Below, one piece after another: positions 16,513 to 23,861 of a stretch of DNA of 32,000 nucleotides. Source of the DNA: an uncultured Nitrososphaerota archaeon (lineage in GTDB: Archaea; Korarchaeota; Korarchaeia; Korarchaeales; Korarchaeaceae); NCBI GenBank assembly GCA_964480775.1, contig CAYZRF010000007.1:1-32000 (forward strand), in the 5' to 3' direction. The first letter of the stretch is position 1. Every line of letters begins with the position of its first letter. Under the pieces are notes generated by a model, which was given only the letters and a program-made list of their open reading frames with translations, did no database searches and was not told the DNA's origin. A program made the position numbers and the translations under genes.

Positions 16513-16636
16513 GCTTTTGTAACTATTTTGGTTCTCGATAATAACCAGTTCTAAATAGCAGGGTATTCTATGCTCCTTTAGAACCGACTTAGGGCTATGA
16601 GGAGATAAGAAACGACTAAATATTCATATTTAGCAT

Positions 16637-17401
16637 TCAAGAAGCCTCCGTCAGTTGCCCAATCGCAATCCCAGCAAAAGTTGCTAAGTAGATGAAATCT
16701 ATGAAAGTCCCAGCTAAGTAGTGGAGGAGCAGAAATGCTAGGGCTCCTACGTGGTAGAGGGTTGCTATTGTTACTGCAAGCCTCAGAATGTTCCAAGCAA
16801 CGGAAAAGAGCATAGTAGCACCCAACCAGAATAGTTTTGTGTGGAGAGGCCCTTTAAGACCAAAGACTCCTATAGAAAACGCAATCGAGATCAAAATGAA
16901 CATTAAGACCCCTGAACAAGACCAATCAACGGTTATCCAAGTTAATCTGTGGGGAATACCCCAAAATGCATTGTAGAGCAGTGCCGTTCCTGCCAACGGA
17001 GCTATTATGAACCAGAGGATCTTTATGGGGAAGGGGATTTTCTTCAGTTTCCAGATTATGAACGAGGCTATAGCTAGGTTTATCAGAATAAATACGACGG
17101 TAGATGGATCGGGCCTCTTATAAGGAACTGGAAGCTCAAAAGTCGGACCACCAGCCATGTATTTTAGTGGGAAGAGTTCAAAAAGCGATCTCGCCCTTCC
17201 CATATCGAACAGTCTATATGGAACATGGGCTATGTCTAGGAGCTTTGCTATGCTCCTTGCCTGAAACCACCAATATCCTAGGAAATTTGTACCTACTAAG
17301 TAAGTAGCAAGAGTCGAAAGAAGGAGACCTACTAAAAAATGAGCCTTTTGAAAACCAGGAAACCAGAAGGCTCTTTTTAGCTCCTCGCCTATACTCTCCA
17401 A
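16637..17401 (-). CDS. exosortase/archaeosortase-family integral membrane protein (putative transpeptidase)
   Basis: 254-aa multi-TM ORF. The TTG start lies 7 nt after GGGTGA and overlaps the upstream gene by 13 nt. The C-terminal half reads ...ITVDWSCSGVLMFILIS...(45 residues from the Cys to the Arg)...VAWNILRLAVTIATLYH...LLLHYLAGTFIDF. This reproduces the conserved Cys (xCSGx), Arg (NxxR) and His order and spacing that I remember from EpsH/XrtA ('vaeaCSGlr ... aNglR ... H..yG') and ArtA. Confidence 0.65.
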   Translation of the reverse strand: MESIGEELKRAFWFPGFQKAHFLVGLLLSTLATYLVGTNFLGYWWFQARSIAKLLDIAHVPYRLFDMGRARSLFELFPLKYMAGGPTFELPVPYKRPDPSTVVFILINLAIASFIIWKLKKIPFPIKILWFIIAPLAGTALLYNAFWGIPHRLTWITVDWSCSGVLMFILISIAFSIGVFGLKGPLHTKLFWLGATMLFSVAWNILRLAVTIATLYHVGALAFLLLHYLAGTFIDFIYLATFAGIAIGQLTEAS

Positions 17402-18066
17402 GCATCTGTCACCCTAAGTCTCTCTGGCAGCACTTTTTTGATAGAATCAACCACCTTGACTCCTTCTACTGCATAAACCTTGGTCTTTCCTAAGGCTCCA
17501 GGTTCGATATAAACCGTCTTCCCAGATACTAAGCCACCACCTTCCTCGCCCATTCCTATTACAACACCCTTAGCAACATATATTGATCCTCTAGCATCAA
17601 CGCAGTTGCCTATAATTGTCCCTTCTCCAATAGCAAGCTCTCCTTCTACAACTATGGACTTTCCAATTCCGTTCTTAGGTCCTATAACTGCATCTCCTTT
17701 CACATGAATTCCACCTTTTACTGCGACTTCTTCCTTGGAGAAGAAATTTCCTAAGACTATGAGGTTGTAAGGAATGAATTCCTTGGCTGGTACTGTGACA
17801 TCTCCCTTAATTCTGATGGTTTCAGCACCTTGAAGCCACACTTTCTGGGATTTTAAGTAAGATGGCTTCTTGTTTCTTTCTAGAGCTTTAATAGCCTCTT
17901 CAATGAGCCCCAACTCCTCCGCCCTATGTAGAATCAGCAGCTCTGGGATGTTTATCCCGTATTTAAGAAAGATCTCCTCTCTTAACATCTCAATTGTTAG
18001 CTCGCCAAATTTCTGCTTAATCAGGTTGTCAAGGGCTGAAGACCACTCTATCTCCTTTGTCATCAT
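17389..18066 (-). CDS. beta-helix repeat protein, bactofilin-like (polymer-forming cytoskeletal/DUF583-like), with an N-terminal helical domain
   Basis: The ORF track starts at TTG 18096. I prefer ATG 18066 (MMTKEIEW...), which lies 8 nt after GAGGGA. The C-terminal ~120 aa read 'VKGGIHVKGDAVIGPKNGIGKSIVVEGELAIGEGTIIGNCVDARGSIYVAKGVVIGMGEEGGGLVSGKTVYIEPGALGKTKVYAVEGVKVV'. This shows the periodic hydrophobic/Gly pattern of a bactofilin-type beta-helix. Confidence 0.5.
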   Translation of the reverse strand: MMTKEIEWSSALDNLIKQKFGELTIEMLREEIFLKYGINIPELLILHRAEELGLIEEAIKALERNKKPSYLKSQKVWLQGAETIRIKGDVTVPAKEFIPYNLIVLGNFFSKEEVAVKGGIHVKGDAVIGPKNGIGKSIVVEGELAIGEGTIIGNCVDARGSIYVAKGVVIGMGEEGGGLVSGKTVYIEPGALGKTKVYAVEGVKVVDSIKKVLPERLRVTDAWRV

Positions 18067-18076
18067 TTTACATCCC

Positions 18077-18733
18077 TCACCCTTCAAACATTCCAATAAG
18101 CTTTGAGGAATTGATTACCTCAATTCCATGTTTGGCGCTTGCCTCTCCTATCTCGCAACCTTCTGCTGCCTCAATGGTCTTTTCCGAGGTAACTTTTCTT
18201 ACGCTACAACCCTTTGAAATGACTATCTTGCCTTTGGCGTCGATCCACTCATTGACTTTATTGTTACTATCTAGAAAGATGTCTGAGTCGGAAGCAAGGA
18301 AACTTATCTCGCAATTCTGTCCCACCTTGATGTTTCCAGTTGAATAGGCTCCTCCAGTAATCTTGCAATTTCTACCAATAGAAAGATCTCCTATCACAAT
18401 AAGGAGTTCTTTCATTTCGAAGTTGTCAGGAATGTGCGTGTCTCCATAAATTAACCTAAAGTAGCCAAGATCTGAGTGAAACTTAGGTTTTTGAGTTAAA
18501 AACGTCTCTGGCGACATCCCTCCGCCATCTCTCGAGATGAAGCCTAGTTCTACGGCTGGTTCAACCCTTTCTCTTAGAAGCAGAGCTTCCTCGTTGTCAC
18601 AAATGCATCTGTCTAGGTTTATGTAAAGAGGCCCTGGATCAGCAGCTCTGTTGTACTCAATAAATCCAAGGACAAAAGGTACCGAAGCTATAGCACCGAA
18701 AAGGGCCAGTAACAAAATGTATCCGAGAATCAT
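18077..18733 (-). CDS. membrane-anchored beta-helix repeat protein (N-terminal TM plus a bactofilin/hexapeptide-like C-terminal domain)
   Basis: 218-aa ORF. Its ATG overlaps the GT2 stop (ATGA at 18730-18733). The N-terminal TM is MILGYILLLALFGAIASVPFVLGFI. The C-terminal region reads 'IGDLSIGRNCKITGGAYSTGNIKVGQNCEISFLASDSDIFLDSNNKVNEWIDAKGKIVISKGCSVRKV..EAAEGCEIGEASAKHGIEV', with about 6-residue periodicity. Confidence 0.5.
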   Translation of the reverse strand: MILGYILLLALFGAIASVPFVLGFIEYNRAADPGPLYINLDRCICDNEEALLLRERVEPAVELGFISRDGGGMSPETFLTQKPKFHSDLGYFRLIYGDTHIPDNFEMKELLIVIGDLSIGRNCKITGGAYSTGNIKVGQNCEISFLASDSDIFLDSNNKVNEWIDAKGKIVISKGCSVRKVTSEKTIEAAEGCEIGEASAKHGIEVINSSKLIGMFEG

Positions 18734-20115
18734 TCTTTTCTCACCTTCTTTCCTCCACCATTTAGGTACCTTAGTCCATTTCCGTTGTGCTGGGTCTTGT
18801 GCCAGTTATTCTTGTTATTGTTATGGTTGTTCTTGTTATTGTTCAGGTTGTTGTAATAGAGCAGGCCATTTCCAGCTTTTTTCGTTTTATGCCACTTCTT
18901 TGATTGATGCTTTCTCCTATGCAACAGAATTGCTTCGAAGAATGCAACAGTGCAGACCCAAGCATTGTGTACCACGAGTATAAGCATCGCTGGAAGAAGC
19001 CATGAGGCCCTTTTCCTACCGTCCAAGTAAGCACTGGCTACCACTTCGTTGAACATGGCGAAGTTGCCTAGGTTGGTGTAAGAGATGCTCATTGGTATTG
19101 CTATGAAGAATGAGGACCATGGCTGAGGAACAAATAGGTAAGACACTACCCCTAAAACCCAGCCCACAAAAACGAAAACTGGAAGCACAAAGGTTCCTAA
19201 GAGAAGAACACCACTAACCTTCTGCCAAAACGTAAGGAACGGGGATTTTATAACGGAGGTAAGGTGCTCAAACAAACACTGATCGTGGCCTATCGCCCAC
19301 CTTCTTAGCTGCTTACTTCTTTGCTTCCACGTAGGAACGACTTCCTCATAGGCTTCTGCTGCATTTATGTATACAAGCTTCCAACCCCCTAGGAAAATTC
19401 TGAAAGATAAATCAGTATCCTCAGCTAATTTTGTCTCGTCCCATCCTCCCAACCGCTTAAGGATGTCCCTCCTGAAGCCTCCAACCGTTCCACCATAAAG
19501 AGTTATCAGGTCTAAGTTGTACCTAGCCTGCTGGTCAACTTGATATCCAGCAGACCTTTCTAGGTCCAGAAGCCTAGTTGTTAGGCTATCGGGGGAGTTT
19601 GCTGGTACCACTCTCCCCATAACGGCACCAACTTCGGGATCATAGAACGGAGCAACAAGCCTCTTGATACAGTCCTTTGGTGGGAGGTAGTCTGCGTCAA
19701 ATGTAATTATGATATCGTTGTGTGCAAATCCTAAGGCTACGTTCATTGCTTCTGGCTTTCCATTTCCTCCGCTCTCAGTTCTATGCACCGCCTTTATGAA
19801 CGGATACTTCTCTGCAAACTCGTCAATTATTTCCCCGGTCCTGTCCTCTGAGCAGTCATTTAGTGCAATAACTTCGTACATCCCATTTTCTTTTGGATAA
19901 TCCATCTCTACAAGCCTTTGAAGAATGTGAGGAGCAACTGCCTCCTCATTATGCATCGGCACTATTATGCTGACGCTTGGTAGGTAATGCCCAGCAAGCT
20001 CCTGGTAAGCTCTTCTCTGCTTACCATAGAGCCTGTTCCAAGTGAATTTATAGTGCCTAATGGCGTAAGCCGTCATGATTGTAAAAAGAATCATGAAAGC
20101 AATTTCTAATAGCAT
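18730..20115 (-). CDS. processive family-2 glycosyltransferase (cellulose/chitin/PNAG/hyaluronan-synthase class) with an Asn/His/Lys-rich repeat tail
   Basis: The longest ORF begins at TTG 20172. I prefer ATG 20115 (MLLEIAFMILFTIMTAYAI...), an N-terminal TM preceded by GGGTG. Motifs are SVSIIVPMHNEE, NDCSEDRT (D), ITFDADY (DxD), GGTVGGFRR, AEDTDL (TED-like) and QRSKQLRRW (QxxRW), followed by C-terminal TM helices. Confidence 0.85.
   Translation of the reverse strand: MLLEIAFMILFTIMTAYAIRHYKFTWNRLYGKQRRAYQELAGHYLPSVSIIVPMHNEEAVAPHILQRLVEMDYPKENGMYEVIALNDCSEDRTGEIIDEFAEKYPFIKAVHRTESGGNGKPEAMNVALGFAHNDIIITFDADYLPPKDCIKRLVAPFYDPEVGAVMGRVVPANSPDSLTTRLLDLERSAGYQVDQQARYNLDLITLYGGTVGGFRRDILKRLGGWDETKLAEDTDLSFRIFLGGWKLVYINAAEAYEEVVPTWKQRSKQLRRWAIGHDQCLFEHLTSVIKSPFLTFWQKVSGVLLLGTFVLPVFVFVGWVLGVVSYLFVPQPWSSFFIAIPMSISYTNLGNFAMFNEVVASAYLDGRKRASWLLPAMLILVVHNAWVCTVAFFEAILLHRRKHQSKKWHKTKKAGNGLLYYNNLNNNKNNHNNNKNNWHKTQHNGNGLRYLNGGGKKVRKE
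18733..18894 (-). repeat. in-frame tandem repeat (two ~30-codon units) and Asn-codon low-complexity tract in the GT2 tail
   Basis: The protein reads WHKTKKAGNGLLYYNNLNNNKNNHNNNKNN then WHKTQHNGNGLRYLNGGGKKVRKE. The two TGG codons are at 18894-18892 and 18804-18802. The plus-strand DNA shows a repeated 'ttcttgttattgtt'. Confidence 0.8.
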
Positions 20116-20272
20116 GCTACCGCACCCTGTGATACCGACACCAATGACTTGGCTATCTTCGAATTTTCTCAACTAAGACTTAAAAAATGTGCTGTTGGCC
20201 CGTAAATTTTGCAAGTACAGCAATCAACCGATTAAATCGCGAAAACACTTTGTAGGCGTAAGATCTAAACTG

Positions 20273-20337
20273 AAAAAGAAAAAATAGAAAAGATAAGGTG
20301 ACACCCTCTCCCTTTCATTGAAAAGGGCTTAGGAGAG
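20273..20337 (-). terminator. hairpin plus oligo-T tract downstream of the 115-aa membrane-protein gene, separating it from the GT2 operon
   Basis: On the plus strand, cccttt (20310-20315) and aaaggg (20322-20327) form a 6-bp stem with a 6-nt loop, flanked by partly complementary ctct/agag. On the minus strand this is followed by CTTTTCTATTTTTTCTTTTTC (20292->20272). Confidence 0.45.
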
Positions 20338-20377
20338 CGCCTTTATTAACATATGGCCAGAAATTAACACTGTTCCG

Positions 20378-20725
20378 TCATGTTCCAAGCATTTCCATTA
20401 TCTGGGGCAGGTATGCCAAGAATTGGGCCAATGCCGCAGAAATTGCACCAATGGCTATGCCTCTAGTCCAGTCGACGTCAAACCATCTTTTTATCAAACC
20501 TATCCCTGCTATAGCGAAGATTACAAGCCAAATCCAAAACTCCGGTATTATAAGCCTGAGAATAAAGTGTACGATCGAGATTATTATGGTCAATGTCAGG
20601 ATGGAAAAAATTCCTTTCTCCTTCTCTGATGGGAGTATTAGCTTCTGGGAGATCCATATCACAACAGTATACACGATGAAGTTAGCAAGTGTGCTTTGGC
20701 TTACCTCTCTAATCGGGATTACCAT
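20378..20725 (-). CDS. small integral membrane protein (3-4 TM), unknown function
   Basis: 115-aa ORF with an ATG start. It is almost entirely hydrophobic helices (FIVYTVVIWISQKLIL, IFSILTLTIIISIVHFILRLII, FWIWLVIFAIAGIGLI, IAIGAISAALAQFLAYL). Confidence 0.6.
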   Translation of the reverse strand: MVIPIREVSQSTLANFIVYTVVIWISQKLILPSEKEKGIFSILTLTIIISIVHFILRLIIPEFWIWLVIFAIAGIGLIKRWFDVDWTRGIAIGAISAALAQFLAYLPQIMEMLGT

Positions 20726-20908
20726 GTTGGATCTAAATGCTTAGTTATGCTTCCTTTAAAACCATTCTGCTATTCAGAGGGGTTATGATAAGCTCCCACA
20801 CTATGGGCCTGGATTTTACCTCTGTTTCGAAATTTCCAACCAAACATTTTTCTGATGTTACGATTTTCATACTCAGGTGATCTGTTGTCTCGTAGTGTAA
20901 AGACAGGA

Positions 20909-21775
20909 ATGGGGTTCGAAATAGAACTGCCAGCATCTTACCTTCAGCTCAAGAGAGATGCTGAAGAGACGATATCAAGCATAGTTGCGGACTATCCCAA
21001 AGCGCAGAAGATGTGGGAGATAATGAAGGATGACAAGGAGGTAAACGCAAATTGGGACATGGCTGATTACATTACCACGGCTAAGCTGCATTATAACGAC
21101 CATGGGGAGGTTCACGCAAAAGTAGTGGCTGCAAACGCATTGAAAATGCTTAAGTTACTGTTGGAAGAGGGGATCCTTCCTGACATAATGAAAGAGAGGG
21201 CAGGAGATGAGGACGATGCTCATCTCATCGTGATGACTGGCGGACTACTTCACGACATAGGGAATCAGGTTCACAGGGAGCTGCATAACTTAAGCGGAGT
21301 TTACTTGGCAATTCCTCTGCTAAACAGGCTGCTTCCAAAAATATACTCTGATCCCGAGGTGATGTACGAGATAAGGGGTCATATCCTTCACACAATATAT
21401 TCGCACGAGTTCGAAATAGACGATCTAACGGTGGAAGCCTCTTTAGTGGGAATAGCAGATGGGACCGACATGACAAAGGGCAGAGGCAGACTTGCCTTTG
21501 AGACGGGGAACGTCAACATTCACACAGTCTCTGCACTTTCCATAGAGAGAGTGGAGATAGAGAAGGGAGAGAGAGCTCCCGTAAGGATCAAGATCTGGAT
21601 GAACAACAGCGCGGGCATCTTCCAGATACAGGAAACTCTAGGCAAGAAGATATCTCACAGCCGTCTAAAGGGAAAAGTGGAGATATACGCAATCTCTCAA
21701 CCGGAAGGAGTGCCAACAGATAGCAGGATAATTCACCGGCTTCTGTTCAGTGAAAAGGGTTTCGAAGCATATTAA
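20909..21775 (+). CDS. HD-domain metal-dependent phosphohydrolase
   Basis: The ORF is open from ATG 20855. I prefer ATG 20909 (MGFEIELPASY...). It carries 'NDHGEVHAKVV' (H) and 'GGLLHDIGNQVH' (HD), the classical HD-superfamily signature. Confidence 0.75.
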   Translation: MGFEIELPASYLQLKRDAEETISSIVADYPKAQKMWEIMKDDKEVNANWDMADYITTAKLHYNDHGEVHAKVVAANALKMLKLLLEEGILPDIMKERAGDEDDAHLIVMTGGLLHDIGNQVHRELHNLSGVYLAIPLLNRLLPKIYSDPEVMYEIRGHILHTIYSHEFEIDDLTVEASLVGIADGTDMTKGRGRLAFETGNVNIHTVSALSIERVEIEKGERAPVRIKIWMNNSAGIFQIQETLGKKISHSRLKGKVEIYAISQPEGVPTDSRIIHRLLFSEKGFEAY

Positions 21776-21802
21776 TCAATATTTCTACCTCGGTGAGTCC
21801 AT

Positions 21803-22822
21803 ATGGGCAGATTTCTCCCAGGGAAGCTACCATACGAGTTCTTACAAAAGCTAGTTTTCACAAAGCTTGGAACTCCTGACGAGAGGGTACTTGTAGGTCC
21901 TTCAATAGGAGAGGACGCAGCGATAATTGAGTTCGGTGATAAAGTTCTGGTGATGGCAACAGATCCCATCACCGCAGCCACTAAGGATATTGGCTGGCTC
22001 TCAGTACACATAAATGCAAACGACGTAGCATCCTGCGGAGTAAAGCCCATATGGTTTTTATGCACCCTGCTGTTGCCAGAAAAAAGCGATGAGACCGTTG
22101 TCGGCGAGATACTTTCACAGATCGACCGAGCTTGTAAGGAATTGGAGATAGCACTGATAGGTGGACATACTGAGATATGCGCAGGACTCAATAGACCTAT
22201 AATTGCTGGATTCATGATAGGAGAGGCTCCAAAAGACAGATATGTCAGAACTGGTGGAGCAAGACCAGGAGACTCGGTCATATTGACGAAAGGAGCAGGT
22301 ATTGAGGGAACAGCCGTATTGGCCTCTGAACTTGAAGATAAATTAACCCTTTCCCTTGGAAAGGAGCTTGTTGAGAAGGCTAAGAGCATGTTGTATGAAA
22401 TTAGCGTAGTTAAGGATGCAATGGTTTTGATGGATTCATGTGAAGTACACTCCTTACATGATCCGACGGAAGGAGGGATATCGAGCGGGATCTGGGAGAT
22501 TGCGGTCGCATCCAAAGTATCGATTGAGATAGACATTAATTCCATTCCAGTTAGAGAGGAAACAAGGAAAATATGCTCGCATCTAGGACTTAATCCCCTG
22601 AACATACTCTCTTCGGGAGCTTTGTTGGCTGCGGTGAAAGGAGATGAGGCAGAAAAAGCCATAAAGGCTTTGAAGAGAGAAGGAATACCTTCAGCTATAA
22701 TTGGAAGCGTGAAAAAAGGAAAAGGAGTTTGGATGATCCGAGATAAAGAGAGGACGGCTTTGAATCCTCCTCCAAGGGATGAGGTTTATGAGGTTCTTGA
22801 GTCTTTACTTAGCTCCAAGTAA
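21803..22822 (+). CDS. AIR synthase-related protein (PurM/ThiL/HypE/SelD superfamily)
   Basis: 339-aa ORF starting 27 nt after the HD gene. It carries 'GEDAAIIEFGDKVLVMATDPI...VHINANDVASCGVKP' (the PurM-type N-domain metal/ATP motif) and 'GGHTEI', followed by a C-domain with 'SLHDPTEGGI'. Confidence 0.75.
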   Translation: MGRFLPGKLPYEFLQKLVFTKLGTPDERVLVGPSIGEDAAIIEFGDKVLVMATDPITAATKDIGWLSVHINANDVASCGVKPIWFLCTLLLPEKSDETVVGEILSQIDRACKELEIALIGGHTEICAGLNRPIIAGFMIGEAPKDRYVRTGGARPGDSVILTKGAGIEGTAVLASELEDKLTLSLGKELVEKAKSMLYEISVVKDAMVLMDSCEVHSLHDPTEGGISSGIWEIAVASKVSIEIDINSIPVREETRKICSHLGLNPLNILSSGALLAAVKGDEAEKAIKALKREGIPSAIIGSVKKGKGVWMIRDKERTALNPPPRDEVYEVLESLLSSK

Positions 22823-22831
22823 TTAGGAAAA

Positions 22832-23677
22832 TCAACTTCCTGCTGTTTCTCTTCTTGAAACACGTGGAGCAGGCATGAATTCAACGGTTGGGACTCTCTT
22901 GACTATAGGCTGCGGGTAAAGCTCCATTAAGGCGTAGACCTCTGGTGGAACCTTGTCGCTTACTGGAAGCCCCAGCTCTTTGGCCTTCTCATATGTTATC
23001 GGGTAATCGTGGGTCCATCTTCCATCTGTGAGTATCCTTGCAACCTCTTCGGCTTTCTCCTTACCCATCTTGTCCTCCAAAAGCCAGATAACAAATTCTC
23101 TAACCTGATTTATTGCTTTCTCAGCCATGTCAGCCATAATCAGGGTTTCGTCATCTATCTCATCGGGACTCTTTTGCTTTACGGCCCTCAAAATCGAAGG
23201 AGCTGGATATTGCCCAAGCTGGGGGTCGATAGGCCCAAGAACAGCATTTCTATCCATTATGATCTCGTCAGCTGCTAAAGCAATTAGCGTACCACCGCTC
23301 ATCGCATAGTGAGGGATAATAACTGTCGTTTTTGCTGGATGATCCTTTATTGCTTTGGCAATCTGTGTTGCAGCGATAACTAGTCCTCCGGGTGTGTGTA
23401 TGATTAGGTCTATTGGTCTGTCCTTTGGAGTTGCCCTGATGGCTCTGAGCACCTTTTCCGAATCATCGATGTCAATGTACTTGTAGAATGGTATTCCAAA
23501 TAGGCCGATGCTTTCTTGTCTGTGGCAAAGCGTGATCACGCTTGATCCTCTCTTGCTAGCTAGTAAACGCATTAGCTTTGCTCTGGAACCTAACAGCGCC
23601 CGGTGTTGAAGCTGCGGACCCATAAGTAAGTAGAAAACAAAGAGCCACCAGATCAAAGATGTCAGCATGTCGTACAT
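22832..23677 (-). CDS. membrane-anchored ClpP/crotonase-fold serine protease, SDH ('serine dehydrogenase proteinase') family
   Basis: 281-aa ORF. The N-terminal TM is LTSLIWWLFVFYLLMG. It carries 'PIDLIIHTPGGLVIAATQIAKAIKDHPAKTTVIIPHYAMSGGTLIALAADEIIMDRNAVLGPIDPQLG', which closely matches my memory of the SDH_sah/ClpP-class family. Confidence 0.8.
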   Translation of the reverse strand: MYDMLTSLIWWLFVFYLLMGPQLQHRALLGSRAKLMRLLASKRGSSVITLCHRQESIGLFGIPFYKYIDIDDSEKVLRAIRATPKDRPIDLIIHTPGGLVIAATQIAKAIKDHPAKTTVIIPHYAMSGGTLIALAADEIIMDRNAVLGPIDPQLGQYPAPSILRAVKQKSPDEIDDETLIMADMAEKAINQVREFVIWLLEDKMGKEKAEEVARILTDGRWTHDYPITYEKAKELGLPVSDKVPPEVYALMELYPQPIVKRVPTVEFMPAPRVSRRETAGS

Positions 23678-23813
23678 TTTTGCTCCCTTGATATAAGAGG
23701 AATAGATAACAGATAACTCTTTCTACCTAAAAGTTCCTCAACAAGAGAAAAGAGACAGCCGTTTTCCTAAGACTCTTTTCATGTGGTTCATTAACGATGA
23801 GAAAAGTTTATTA

Positions 23814-23848
23814 TTGTTATACCGTATAACCGTTATACGGTATAACAA
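23814..23848. promoter_or_regulatory. perfect 17-bp inverted repeat with a 1-nt spacer, a putative operator overlapping the promoter of the RHH gene
   Basis: TTGTTATACCGTATAAC c GTTATACGGTATAACAA. The half-sites contain TATA-like GTTATAC/GTATAAC. The element ends 14 nt before ATG 23862, with a GGTG SD-like site in between. It also causes the mirrored 'YRITVIRYNN' peptides seen in both-strand ORFs of the track. Confidence 0.7.
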
Positions 23849-23861
23849 CAGGTGTGTGTAT

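Noticed and set aside
17214-17405. 63-aa ATG ORF in another frame over the 5' end of the archaeosortase-like gene, a possible sign of a frameshift in that gene. The ORFs at 16578..16796 and 9799..10107 are similar alternative-frame cases.
   Set aside because: The TTG frame gives a sensible amphipathic and TM N-terminus and has a GGGTGA site at the correct spacing. The ATG frame encodes a basic, non-hydrophobic peptide unrelated to the family. There is no need to invoke a frameshift.
18805-18852. Short tandem DNA repeats (ttcttgttattgtt x2) as a possible CRISPR or minisatellite
   Set aside because: They are in-frame Asn/Lys/His codon repeats inside the GT2 coding sequence. There are only two units and no spacer-repeat architecture. 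No CRISPR array occurs anywhere in the window.
20745-20936. 63-aa ATG-initiated ORF in the divergent region between the 115-aa membrane gene and the HD gene
   Set aside because: It has no motif, no hydrophobic or charged pattern suggestive of a real small protein, and no SD. It overlaps the HD gene start region. It is more likely promoter-containing intergenic DNA, though I cannot exclude it without conservation data.
21772-22662. 296-aa ORF antisense to the AIR-synthase-related gene
   Set aside because: It is Ser/Pro/Ala-rich and low in complexity, with no recognisable motif. It lies entirely opposite a well-supported CDS that has clear PurM-superfamily motifs. This is a typical shadow ORF.
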